From the NCBI GenBank assembly GCA_030606865.1, contig JAUWFQ010000002.1, forward strand, positions 1 to 47,009: a stretch of 47,009 nt of DNA. The letters run 5' to 3'. Below are positions 17,685 through 26,541 of this stretch, one piece after another. Under the pieces are notes generated by a model. That model was given only the letters and a program-made list of their open reading frames with translations, had not been told where the DNA came from and did no database searches. This DNA is from a bacterium (GTDB lineage: Bacteria > Fidelibacterota > Marinisomatia > Marinisomatales > JAHJCW01). The position numbers and the translations under genes are program-made. Within the stretch, counting starts at the first letter, position 1. Every line of letters begins with the position of its first letter.

Positions 17685-18466
17685 TTGTTTCCGTCCGATT
17701 CTGCTGATTTAATATATTCAAGAGATTTCGCTTTTAAAGCAGATGATGAAATTTTGCCCTCATTAGATTTGTAATAATTTTCTGCTTCTTCTACTTTTTT
17801 CATTAACGAATATGACCGAATTATTCCAACATGTGCTTCTTCTGCAAGATCAGTGTCGTAGTATTGTCCTAATAAATCTTCGAAGGCTACTATAGCAGAA
17901 TCATAAGCATGTAGTTTTATGTACAATAATGCTGTTTCTAATATTTTTTCGGCCAATTTATTACGAAGCTTCTTAATTGTTTTATTTGCTTTATCACGAT
18001 ATTCTGAATCAGGATACTCATCAATGAATTCCTGGAGTTTTTGTAATGCCTTATGTGTATTACTTTGATCATGATAATAATTTGGAGATTCGGCAACATA
18101 TGCCTCACAAATCCGCCATCTACATTTTTCAACATATGGACTATATTTCATTTTACGAGTTAATCGTTCGTATTCATTAATTGCTATAATATATTCCTTG
18201 TTCTTAAAATATGATTCTGCCAAATAAAATTGTGCATCATCGCCCCACTCGGTGTGTGAACCACTTAATACAATGATTTGGAATTCCTGTTGCGCATTAT
18301 AATACTTCTTATTCTCAAGAAATTCTTGTCCGCGTTTATATCGCTCTTCAAGCGGTAATTTCTCAACCGGGTTTTTTCCAGCGCAATTAACGATTATTCC
18401 TAAACTAATTACGATTAATATAAAATTAATTATTCGTATTTTGGTCATTCTCTTTACAAATTCCAT
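17681..18466 (-). CDS. bamD: Outer-membrane protein assembly factor BamD (YfiO-like TPR lipoprotein)
   Basis: Signal peptide with lipobox (LGIIVNCAG). TPR-like helices with YYNAQQEFQ...AQFYLAESYFKNKEY...YPDSEYRDKA, typical of BamD. An alternative ATG lies at 18448. Confidence 0.8.
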   Translation of the reverse strand: MEFVKRMTKIRIINFILIVISLGIIVNCAGKNPVEKLPLEERYKRGQEFLENKKYYNAQQEFQIIVLSGSHTEWGDDAQFYLAESYFKNKEYIIAINEYERLTRKMKYSPYVEKCRWRICEAYVAESPNYYHDQSNTHKALQKLQEFIDEYPDSEYRDKANKTIKKLRNKLAEKILETALLYIKLHAYDSAIVAFEDLLGQYYDTDLAEEAHVGIIRSYSLMKKVEEAENYYKSNEGKISSSALKAKSLEYIKSAESDGNK

Positions 18467-19347
18467 TGAACCGATATTCCTTTGATTACATAATTTGATT
18501 CTGATCCTATAGATACGTCTAACTTATAAGATAGTTCTTTGTTTTTATTGGCATTCCATAATGCGTCTAATGCGCTAAATATATGGTTAAATAGTAATGC
18601 GCTAGCGGCAAACTTAGCATTTTTATAAAGAATATTGCTATCATTACGTAAATTTAAATAATGCTGTTTATTGGGGGTCATTACTATTAATTCATCTTCT
18701 CCATTCTTGATCTTCTTTCGTACTATTTCCCAATTTGATATTGCATCATCCCAACCGGCTACAAATTGATCATATTTACCGATCCCTTCATAAAAATCCC
18801 AATCTCTTAATTCAACATATTCAATATTAGGATTTTCCAATAATATTTCGGAGGATTCATATTTTCCATTTATGATAATAGTAATGTGGTGACTTCCATC
18901 AATCCGTACATCATTAACATTGGGGAATCCATTTGATTTTATATCGCTTAGCAAGATTGCGCTACCATTTACCCAACTATTCATATTCCAATGCTCATCA
19001 GCCCAATTTTCATATTCTTTAGTAATATCATCTGCTTTATTTGTCCAAGAGATGTATCCTACTATACCCGCAACTTCAACACTGGCAAATAAAGCTGTTT
19101 TCCACCATGGGGAACGATTTAAATATTGTCCAAATCCGGGTATGACTAATGAAGCCATCATCGGTTTTAGCGGAGATGGCTTACTATTAATATCTAATGA
19201 ATCCGAGAATATTGAATTGTTAACAAGATTTGTTAAATCTATTTTTGTCGCAAAACGATTATCTAGATTTTTTAATAAATCCTCTCCACATACAATAGTA
19301 GAAATTATTATGAATATTGCAATTATTTTCCGCAAATTAAAATCCAA
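18454..19347 (-). CDS. DUF5683-like membrane protein with an extra C-terminal domain
   Basis: Contains SLVIPGFGQYLNRSPWWKTALFASVEVAGIVGYISW, matching the PG(L/F)GQ.YN...WK motif I associate with DUF5683. TTG start. It overlaps both neighbours. Confidence 0.5.
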   Translation of the reverse strand: MDFNLRKIIAIFIIISTIVCGEDLLKNLDNRFATKIDLTNLVNNSIFSDSLDINSKPSPLKPMMASLVIPGFGQYLNRSPWWKTALFASVEVAGIVGYISWTNKADDITKEYENWADEHWNMNSWVNGSAILLSDIKSNGFPNVNDVRIDGSHHITIIINGKYESSEILLENPNIEYVELRDWDFYEGIGKYDQFVAGWDDAISNWEIVRKKIKNGEDELIVMTPNKQHYLNLRNDSNILYKNAKFAASALLFNHIFSALDALWNANKNKELSYKLDVSIGSESNYVIKGISVQWNL

Positions 19348-22264
19348 ATAATAAAGTTAGATAATATCGATTCTCATCACCGTAGTTTATTTCGTCACCG
19401 TTGCTGAATTTAGTAAAAGTTGTTAAGCCATGGTGAACTTCAAAACCTAATGCTGTTGGATAATTATAAAACGAAAATCCATTGAATCGCAATTGAAGAC
19501 CTACAGACTGTTTCATATTAAATTCATCAGTCCAGGTATCACCAAATTGATATTCAATGCCAATTGTGGAATTTTGCCATATCATCCAACCTAACGGTAT
19601 GTGCTCTTGCCTAAACATCGGAATCCGCAAGGTAACTTCCGAAAAAACAGAATTTGTTCCTTCAAAGCTATAATATGGGTAGCCTTGAATACCATCCATA
19701 CCGCCTCCAAAATAGTTGAAAAATGACTCAACCGAAGAATTAGATAACCAACCACTTTTCGCAGTAAAATTCAAAGTCCATCTTTTTGATGGTAAAATAG
19801 TAGTGTGAAAAGAACCCATTGCATCAATTTTTAAATAATTATTCGGAGCAAATTCTTCAACTAGTGTTCCGGAATTTGATAAATTTAGTCCCTCAATAAA
19901 ATCATTCATTTCATAAGAGATATTTACTTTGAATTTATAGCCCTTCGAAGGATTAATATTTCGATCAACGGTTACTTTTATATTATCCCAACCGAATTTA
20001 ACACCTGTTAATAAACCGCGATAATAATCATAAGCATATCCAACCTCAGAACTTACATTACTAATACTTTCTTTAATGTATGCTCGATATCTTTGCCATT
20101 GCGCATAAATATCAATTGCATCATTACCAAAAAAGGGTAATTGCAGTCCAGCTCGCATTAAAACAAAGCGAAATTTTAATCTGTCATCAATATCGTAAAC
20201 CGAATATTTAGATTGTTCAACAGTATTCCGTGTAGCATACATAAACTCAGTATAAACAGTTGGATATAATTTTCGATAAGCTAAATTAAAAGAAAAATCT
20301 ATATCTTTATCAAAATTAACGGTTACTCCCCCACTCAAAGACAACTTTTCCAATATTTCACTCGAATAAAAATAGAATCCCGGTTTAATGGTACCATAAT
20401 CAATCATTAAGCGTGGCATCATAAACATTTTTGCAAAATTATCATGGTATTTTTCAGCAATACTTTCGTCCGGATTGTTTATAGGTGGTTTGTATTCTGA
20501 ATTACCAAGATTAGAATAAGCCGTTGAATTAACTACTTTCGGAGTATCTATTATTGCAATCTTATATCCACCTTCTTGATACAATGAAAATAATATTTTA
20601 CCATCCTCGCTTACATTGGGCATAAATGCACCACCTTTTACATTGGTATAAGTTTTTACACCTAAAGTATCGTATTGTGAAATATTATAAATTCCGTCTA
20701 TATCTGTAGAAAAAAGTAATCTTCCGTCATTTGTAATACAAACATCTCTTTGGTCATTATCAACTGTAGAAATAATATCAGTAACATTATAGTTATCTAA
20801 TGATAGTGTGGCAATATTTCTGAAGTGATGAACTGTATAATCAAATAGTAAGCTTTTTTCATTTTCATTAAAAACTAAATTATGTAGTATTCTTGAGTCA
20901 TTGAAAACTTTAATCCTTTCCGTTTTTTCCGATTCCAATGAATAAATAAAAATGCTCTGCTTTCCGCTGTCCATAGCGATGTATGCAATTGAATTTAAAT
21001 ATTCGATAAAAACCGGTGACACTGCCCGAGCCAATTTTGTCAACCTTATTTCCTTATCTTCTTTAATATTATAAACATACAGATCGTAATAGCGATACCC
21101 TTTCCAGCCCCTCAAAGTTGGTTTCTTACTGTAATATAAAATGCTGTCTCCGGCTCCCCACGTTGGCGCTGAATGTACACCCGAAGTAATTTTTTTATCT
21201 TCTTTGGAAACAAAATCGTAAATATAAAGATCTGTCTGACTAAAATAATCATTTATTTTGTTGGAAATGTAGGCGTATCGACTTCCATCATTTGACCATT
21301 TTGGATATAAATTCGTCGTACCTTTTTCTTGTAATATTTTTATATAATTATCATCTTCAATGATTGATTTTGTAGAGTTTCGATATTTTTCAATTAATTC
21401 ATTCGAATATTGCTCAAATAATTCTTTTCCGCCAATTCCCGTTGTATTTTTAATAACTTTATCTATGGAATATTGAAATGGATTCGATAGTTCTTTCATT
21501 AATGATCGTAACGTTTCTTCTCCGAATTTTTCAGCAATATAATTAACAAATGCATAGCCGGAATTATATACCGATTCATTTCCAATTCCACATTTTCCAA
21601 AGGTCTTGATCTCCTCAAAAGATATCAAATTATCATTCAATGCTTGATCTCTTAGAATCATATCACGATGAGAATCCCAATGGTCCCAATCGGCATTAGG
21701 ATACATATGTTGTGCGGTACCTTCCGCTAACCAAGGCGGAACCACAGCCGCCGGTATTGGATAACTAACCACTGTATTGGGATAACCATACAATACATTT
21801 TTATGCGTCTCGTTTTCATAGCCAATCCATTGGAAAAAAGCTCCGGGAATTGATGTGCCGGCTTTTATAGCTTTTTGGATAGAAATTATATGAGTAAACT
21901 CATGAGTTAAAACATTTTCCAACCATTTATGGCTGCCACGCAAAACGATGTCCAAAGGTGTAGCCCAAATTACAATCTTATTATCATAATAATAGGCAAC
22001 GCCATTGGCAACATCCTCCGTGTCTATAAAAATTATATGTGTCTTTTCCTTTGGCTCATATTGATATAGTTCCGTAATAAGTGGATAAACATATTCTAGA
22101 ATTCCAGCTGCTTCACGAGCTAATATTTCCGTATCAGAATAAAAATGTATTTTAAAGTGCTCGGTTTCTATTGTTTGCCACTTAATCTCAGGGTGATTAT
22201 ATTGATCTTGAGAACTTAAATTAATCGGTAAAATAAATAATAACAATATAAAGTAATACTTCAA
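19337..22264 (-). CDS. Tri-domain outer-membrane protein: MA-clan metallopeptidase, PD40/TolB-like beta-propeller and Omp85-family beta-barrel
   Basis: 975 aa. Signal peptide. HEFTH at residues 121-125 (nt 21890-21904) with downstream WLAEGTAQH. PD40-like repeats (YPKWSNDGSRYAYIS, SAPTWGAGDSILYYS, PNVSEDGKILFSLY). The C-terminus has FGGGMDGIQGYPYYSFEGTNSVFSEVTLRIPMF...VGLQLRF...YYLTLLFGF, which ends in Phe. TTG start in a TTGA overlap with the upstream stop. Confidence 0.7.
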   Translation of the reverse strand: MKYYFILLLFILPINLSSQDQYNHPEIKWQTIETEHFKIHFYSDTEILAREAAGILEYVYPLITELYQYEPKEKTHIIFIDTEDVANGVAYYYDNKIVIWATPLDIVLRGSHKWLENVLTHEFTHIISIQKAIKAGTSIPGAFFQWIGYENETHKNVLYGYPNTVVSYPIPAAVVPPWLAEGTAQHMYPNADWDHWDSHRDMILRDQALNDNLISFEEIKTFGKCGIGNESVYNSGYAFVNYIAEKFGEETLRSLMKELSNPFQYSIDKVIKNTTGIGGKELFEQYSNELIEKYRNSTKSIIEDDNYIKILQEKGTTNLYPKWSNDGSRYAYISNKINDYFSQTDLYIYDFVSKEDKKITSGVHSAPTWGAGDSILYYSKKPTLRGWKGYRYYDLYVYNIKEDKEIRLTKLARAVSPVFIEYLNSIAYIAMDSGKQSIFIYSLESEKTERIKVFNDSRILHNLVFNENEKSLLFDYTVHHFRNIATLSLDNYNVTDIISTVDNDQRDVCITNDGRLLFSTDIDGIYNISQYDTLGVKTYTNVKGGAFMPNVSEDGKILFSLYQEGGYKIAIIDTPKVVNSTAYSNLGNSEYKPPINNPDESIAEKYHDNFAKMFMMPRLMIDYGTIKPGFYFYSSEILEKLSLSGGVTVNFDKDIDFSFNLAYRKLYPTVYTEFMYATRNTVEQSKYSVYDIDDRLKFRFVLMRAGLQLPFFGNDAIDIYAQWQRYRAYIKESISNVSSEVGYAYDYYRGLLTGVKFGWDNIKVTVDRNINPSKGYKFKVNISYEMNDFIEGLNLSNSGTLVEEFAPNNYLKIDAMGSFHTTILPSKRWTLNFTAKSGWLSNSSVESFFNYFGGGMDGIQGYPYYSFEGTNSVFSEVTLRIPMFRQEHIPLGWMIWQNSTIGIEYQFGDTWTDEFNMKQSVGLQLRFNGFSFYNYPTALGFEVHHGLTTFTKFSNGDEINYGDENRYYLTLLFGF

Positions 22265-25044
22265 TGAATCACGCCTACTTTTAATATTGTTGATTCTTTA
22301 CGATTATGATTCGTTGCTGTGATCTTAATTAGATAAACACCGGATTCAATATTACTCACATCCCAAACTACTTCAAATATTTCGTTTTGTTCGTTTATTT
22401 CGTTGTGAATCTCATCAACAAAATACCCTGCTGCATCATATATTTTAAAATTAATCTTTTCAGCTGAATAATTGAATACTCTAATTTTTGCATTTCCATC
22501 TCTCACCGGATTTGGATAAACATACGTACGCTTTTTATCAATTAGTCCATTACCACTTATCACTTCTTTGACATAATCAATTTCAATTATATTAGAATTA
22601 ATTTCATCAGAATAATACATTGACCATTCATTCCCACGATTATTTTTAGCTTCATCAAAAGACCAAATTGTTGATTCGGTAACTATAATATTTCGATTAT
22701 TATATTCACTAAGCATACGTAATCTACTATTTTTTGGATTAGCTAATTTGTATTGCAATTCTCCAATATTATTAAGGATTATTATCTCCCCCTCGCTATT
22801 CTGAAAAACTATTTCCGGCTTTTCGTCTCCAATAGTGTTTTTAGCAAGAATTGGTGGGATCGCTGCTATATCAACCGGGAATCCCGTTGAGTAAGTATAA
22901 TTTTGATTGAAAGCGTATAGCTTTCCGTAGTTATCTACAGCTAATACATCAATCCGTCCGTCCAAATCCAAATCTATTGCTGATATATATTGAAACTCAA
23001 TTTCATTGAAAGCAAGCGGTTGATCACCAATAATTATACCACTATCACGTGCAATGTTGACTGAAATACTTGACTTCAAATTACCATTTTTGATAAAAAT
23101 ATATGATGGACCATAACCGGTAATAACTTGATTACCTTTAAACTGTCCGGTTAAAAATGGAATTAATTCCCAATCATCATATAATATAGTTTCATGGTCT
23201 ACAACCAAATTATTTTCGTATTTGAACCAAACCATCTTTAGTGAGTCACCCAAATCAGACAATACAACCAAGTTCTTTTTATAACCGGTATTAGTTAATA
23301 CAAATAAATTTCTATCCGAAGGTAATTCGTAAAATTCCATCTTATCAATATTATCAGTAGCCGACCACCATAGTTTCTTACCATTACCGATAATTTCTCT
23401 ATTCCCATTTCCTGTAATATCAGTATGATAAAGTATATGCAAGGAAGTATCAGGAAAACCCGAAAGTGTTAAATCATTTGAGATCGTAATCTGCATTTTA
23501 TCTGATGCATATCCAATATTTCCAATATTTAAATTTGATATTGCTCCAGCGTTGGAATTCGTATTCGGGTGAGTCATTGAATTAAACTCAATTGGATTAC
23601 CTTTGATCTGTGAATTGACTTCATCATATTCCGGATTGCCTTGATACCACATATCGAACGGTTCACCTATTGATGGATTTCTGAACAGCGCCGTGCTGAT
23701 GTATCCAATATCTTGGGGACCGCCTGCCTCCTCTAAATCAATTCCCTTGTATTTCGGATCATTATTAATTGAATTTAATTGAATATTGTCGGAAATTATT
23801 GATTCATCAATATGCCAAATTAACAATCCAGATCCCGGTAAGCCGATATCGTAATTGGGTACTGAAATAATGACACCATTCTCATCTCTAATAACTCCAA
23901 CCGAGTCAAAAATAATTTCAATAATATTGGGGATAGTATCCATTTCCTCATAAATAACTCGCCTGACTGAATCAATATCAACATTTGACCTGAACCAATT
24001 GGTTCTATTTTCTATTAAAAAGTACTCATCGTCATCTATATCTACTTTTAGTGTTTTTCTTATTGGTCTTGCTTCAATTTCTACAATATTATCCGGAGTT
24101 ATTTTATCCGGTTCCTCCCACTCAAAGAATACTCGATTCCAAGCCATAGGCGGTGCTGGAATTAATCCCTGCCCGTTATTAGATCCATGGTCCATCAAAC
24201 CAAATACACCTATGCCACTTTCACCTGTATCTGTATTCCACAACGGCGGTAAACCGATGGCTTGTCCAACTAACATAGCAAATGTTCCGGTTAATCCATA
24301 TTGATAATTGCAAACATTTTGAATACCACTTTTCTCAAATTGTTCTACCATTTCAGGAAATAAAACATGATTTTGTGTTTCAGGTAGTATAATGCCACTT
24401 TTAATATATGTATCACCCACATTAATTCCAGCATTCCCAATATGCTTACGTATCATTGAATAATCAATATAGGTCGATGGTATATCTTCAGGAGTAGTAT
24501 CAATTTCAAATGCAAAATCCTGACTAACCCCTGCATGGAATACTACAACTACATCATAATTACTGAATATTATATTATCAGATGAATCTGCAGTTGTTAC
24601 AGCGTCTGAAAATAATTCTACGATTCGTTTTTCGTGTTTAAAATCTCTTTCTTCTTGACCTAAATCACTTAAAAAGGGATGGTAATAGGACATAGAATCC
24701 GGCATAGTGTAAACCAATTCAGGATCAGTTGGGAAAATATCTGATCTTTCAAGATCGATTCCAAAATGTCCATTAGAAACTGAACGGAAATAACTATCAA
24801 GTGCTTTTAATTGCGATTCAAAGTACGATTTATCATGCGGAGGAGGATCAACAGTATAATCCCCACAATAATCTGCATCAATAGTTAATAGAAATTTACC
24901 GTTTCCGGTTGTTCCCTCATGATTGTCAACTTTAAAATCTACACGTAAAGCTAATACCTTTAAATTGTGTTCGATTGCCCCCCATAATAAAGAAACGGTC
25001 GTTAACAAGACAATCATAAACATCTTGCTAAAACGACCGTACAT
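22261..25044 (-). CDS. T9SS-sorted M6 (immune inhibitor A)-like protein with a degenerate active site and FG-GAP-like repeats
   Basis: 927 aa. Signal peptide. VVVFHAGVSQDF, then GTFAMLVGQAIGLPPLWNTD...GLMDHGSNNG where M6 enzymes carry HExxHxxGLPD.Y. FG-GAP-like DLDLDGRIDVLAVDNYGKLYAF. C-terminal sorting domain. Confidence 0.7.
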   Translation of the reverse strand: MYGRFSKMFMIVLLTTVSLLWGAIEHNLKVLALRVDFKVDNHEGTTGNGKFLLTIDADYCGDYTVDPPPHDKSYFESQLKALDSYFRSVSNGHFGIDLERSDIFPTDPELVYTMPDSMSYYHPFLSDLGQEERDFKHEKRIVELFSDAVTTADSSDNIIFSNYDVVVVFHAGVSQDFAFEIDTTPEDIPSTYIDYSMIRKHIGNAGINVGDTYIKSGIILPETQNHVLFPEMVEQFEKSGIQNVCNYQYGLTGTFAMLVGQAIGLPPLWNTDTGESGIGVFGLMDHGSNNGQGLIPAPPMAWNRVFFEWEEPDKITPDNIVEIEARPIRKTLKVDIDDDEYFLIENRTNWFRSNVDIDSVRRVIYEEMDTIPNIIEIIFDSVGVIRDENGVIISVPNYDIGLPGSGLLIWHIDESIISDNIQLNSINNDPKYKGIDLEEAGGPQDIGYISTALFRNPSIGEPFDMWYQGNPEYDEVNSQIKGNPIEFNSMTHPNTNSNAGAISNLNIGNIGYASDKMQITISNDLTLSGFPDTSLHILYHTDITGNGNREIIGNGKKLWWSATDNIDKMEFYELPSDRNLFVLTNTGYKKNLVVLSDLGDSLKMVWFKYENNLVVDHETILYDDWELIPFLTGQFKGNQVITGYGPSYIFIKNGNLKSSISVNIARDSGIIIGDQPLAFNEIEFQYISAIDLDLDGRIDVLAVDNYGKLYAFNQNYTYSTGFPVDIAAIPPILAKNTIGDEKPEIVFQNSEGEIIILNNIGELQYKLANPKNSRLRMLSEYNNRNIIVTESTIWSFDEAKNNRGNEWSMYYSDEINSNIIEIDYVKEVISGNGLIDKKRTYVYPNPVRDGNAKIRVFNYSAEKINFKIYDAAGYFVDEIHNEINEQNEIFEVVWDVSNIESGVYLIKITATNHNRKESTILKVGVIH
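22264..22533 (-). other. Type IX secretion C-terminal sorting domain (CTD), final ~90 aa of the 927-aa protein
   Basis: The final 90 aa are KRTYVYPNPVRDGNAKIRVFNYSAEKINFKIYDAAGYFVDEI...WDVSNIESGVYLIKITATNHNRKESTILKVGVIH. They carry the YPNP...G.Y....K... pattern of type A CTDs. Confidence 0.8.
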
Positions 25045-25075
25045 TTTAATAATTAATTATATCTATATTTATATT

Positions 25076-26407
25076 TTAAAAAGCCCAGTTAAGGGAAAAA
25101 CGCATTGTATTTTCTAGCGGATGACCCGGTTCACCAAAAGTATAACCAAAATCAAATCCATATCCACCATAACGTAAACCAACACCCATTGTTGGGTTAA
25201 ATAATTTACCGTTATAATCGTAAATATATCCTAATCGAATAGCAAATACATTTGCATACCAATATTCTAAGCCAACATTATGAACAATTTGCCTAAGCTC
25301 ATTTTTAATCGAACGAGCATCTCCGCTTCCAACTTCCTTTTGTCCATATTCGTTATATTCCCCCCCATCAGATTCAACCATTTCTCCTTCATCAATATCA
25401 ATTTTACCATTACCGTTATTATCCACCCAATTCCAGCCACCGATTATGCCATCGGCAAGATTACCGGGAGAAGCCATATCAATATCACCACCTAAGAACC
25501 AATCATCAAACCAGGAAGTGAATAATGCCAAATATAGTGGATCGGTATGGGCGGTTTCCTGTTTTCCGTCATTATTATAAAATGAGTTTTTGGTGGTTTC
25601 ATTCCCATCTTCGTCGTATCCGCCGATAATGCCATCACCATCCCAATCCATATCAGGATATGAAGCAACTAATAGTTTATTAATATCCCAAACAACTGAA
25701 AGTTTATTATATTCAGAATTAAGCACCTGATAATTAAAGCCTAATGTAAAATTAGTTGGTTGCGGATCACCTTGGGCACGATCTATGAACCAAACTTTTG
25801 GTCCTATATTAGTAATTGTAGTTCCCAAAGTTAGATTTTGAAAAAGGAATTCCTTCTTCATATAACCCAAATCAAAACCAAAATCAGTTGAACTTCCTTT
25901 ACCTTCCTCCGCACCGGCACCCTGATCAGTCAAATGTTGATACGATACTTTTGCATTTATACCAAAAGCAGATTTTTCATTGATTTTTGTACTATACGAT
26001 AAATTTAAGGCAAACATATAGCTTGAAAATTTTCCCAACTCCTCTCCGATTTCACTAGTACGAGTTTGCTCGCCAAGATTTAAATAAATTAAATGTCCAC
26101 CGACAGTTCCGATATTAGGGATTGATTTGCGCATAGCAAAAAAATCATAAGCCATATCATCAGCGAGGTTTGGAAGCCAATTAACATGCATTAATGCCAG
26201 TTCGGTTCCTTCTAAGAATCCCAAACCTGCCGGATTCCAATAACTTGCATAGGCATCGTCGGCTACAGCGGTATGGGCTTCACCCATTCCTCCTGCACGA
26301 GCACTCGGTGCAATTAATAAAAATATTGAACCGGCTTCACTTTGAGCAAAACCAATTGAGGTAATTACGAAAATTGTTGTTAAACTAACGACAATAAAAC
26401 GCTTCAT
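25076..26407 (-). CDS. porV: PorV/PorQ-family T9SS outer-membrane beta-barrel with a long acidic insertion
   Basis: Signal peptide followed by GSIFLLIAPSARAGGMGEAHTAVADDAYASYWNPAGLGFL, the family-defining N-terminal block. C-terminal FSLNWAF. The insertion at about residues 250-365 is rich in D/G/N. Confidence 0.8.
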   Translation of the reverse strand: MKRFIVVSLTTIFVITSIGFAQSEAGSIFLLIAPSARAGGMGEAHTAVADDAYASYWNPAGLGFLEGTELALMHVNWLPNLADDMAYDFFAMRKSIPNIGTVGGHLIYLNLGEQTRTSEIGEELGKFSSYMFALNLSYSTKINEKSAFGINAKVSYQHLTDQGAGAEEGKGSSTDFGFDLGYMKKEFLFQNLTLGTTITNIGPKVWFIDRAQGDPQPTNFTLGFNYQVLNSEYNKLSVVWDINKLLVASYPDMDWDGDGIIGGYDEDGNETTKNSFYNNDGKQETAHTDPLYLALFTSWFDDWFLGGDIDMASPGNLADGIIGGWNWVDNNGNGKIDIDEGEMVESDGGEYNEYGQKEVGSGDARSIKNELRQIVHNVGLEYWYANVFAIRLGYIYDYNGKLFNPTMGVGLRYGGYGFDFGYTFGEPGHPLENTMRFSLNWAF

Positions 26408-26413
26408 ACGGCA

Positions 26414-26419
26414 CTCCTT
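26414..26419 (-). promoter_or_regulatory. Shine-Dalgarno sequence for porV
   Basis: The minus strand reads AAGGAG-TGCCGT-ATG, giving a 6-nt spacer to the start codon. Confidence 0.6.
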
Positions 26420-26503
26420 AAAAAATGATATTTAGTTTCTATTAAACTTATTGTTAAAAAATAGTAGCGTTTTAAGTATAGATATGTCCTATTTAATTAA
26501 ACA

Positions 26504-26532
26504 AATATATTAATATTAATAATGCTGTGCAA
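26504..26532 (-). promoter_or_regulatory. Candidate sigma70-type promoter for porV
   Basis: The minus strand reads TTGCAC-17 nt-TATATT in the 134-nt gap upstream of porV. AT-rich DNA gives many chance -10-like hexamers, so this is weak. Confidence 0.3.
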
Positions 26533-26541
26533 GTACGATTA

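Noticed and set aside
22261-25044. The 927-aa gene next to porV as the T9SS sortase PorU
   Set aside because: The sequence shows M6/InhA-like blocks (VVVFHAGVSQDF, GQAIGLPPLW, GLMDHG) and FG-GAP-like repeats. It does not show a gingipain/C25-like His-Cys protease core. Its order relative to porV is also not the usual porU-porV arrangement.
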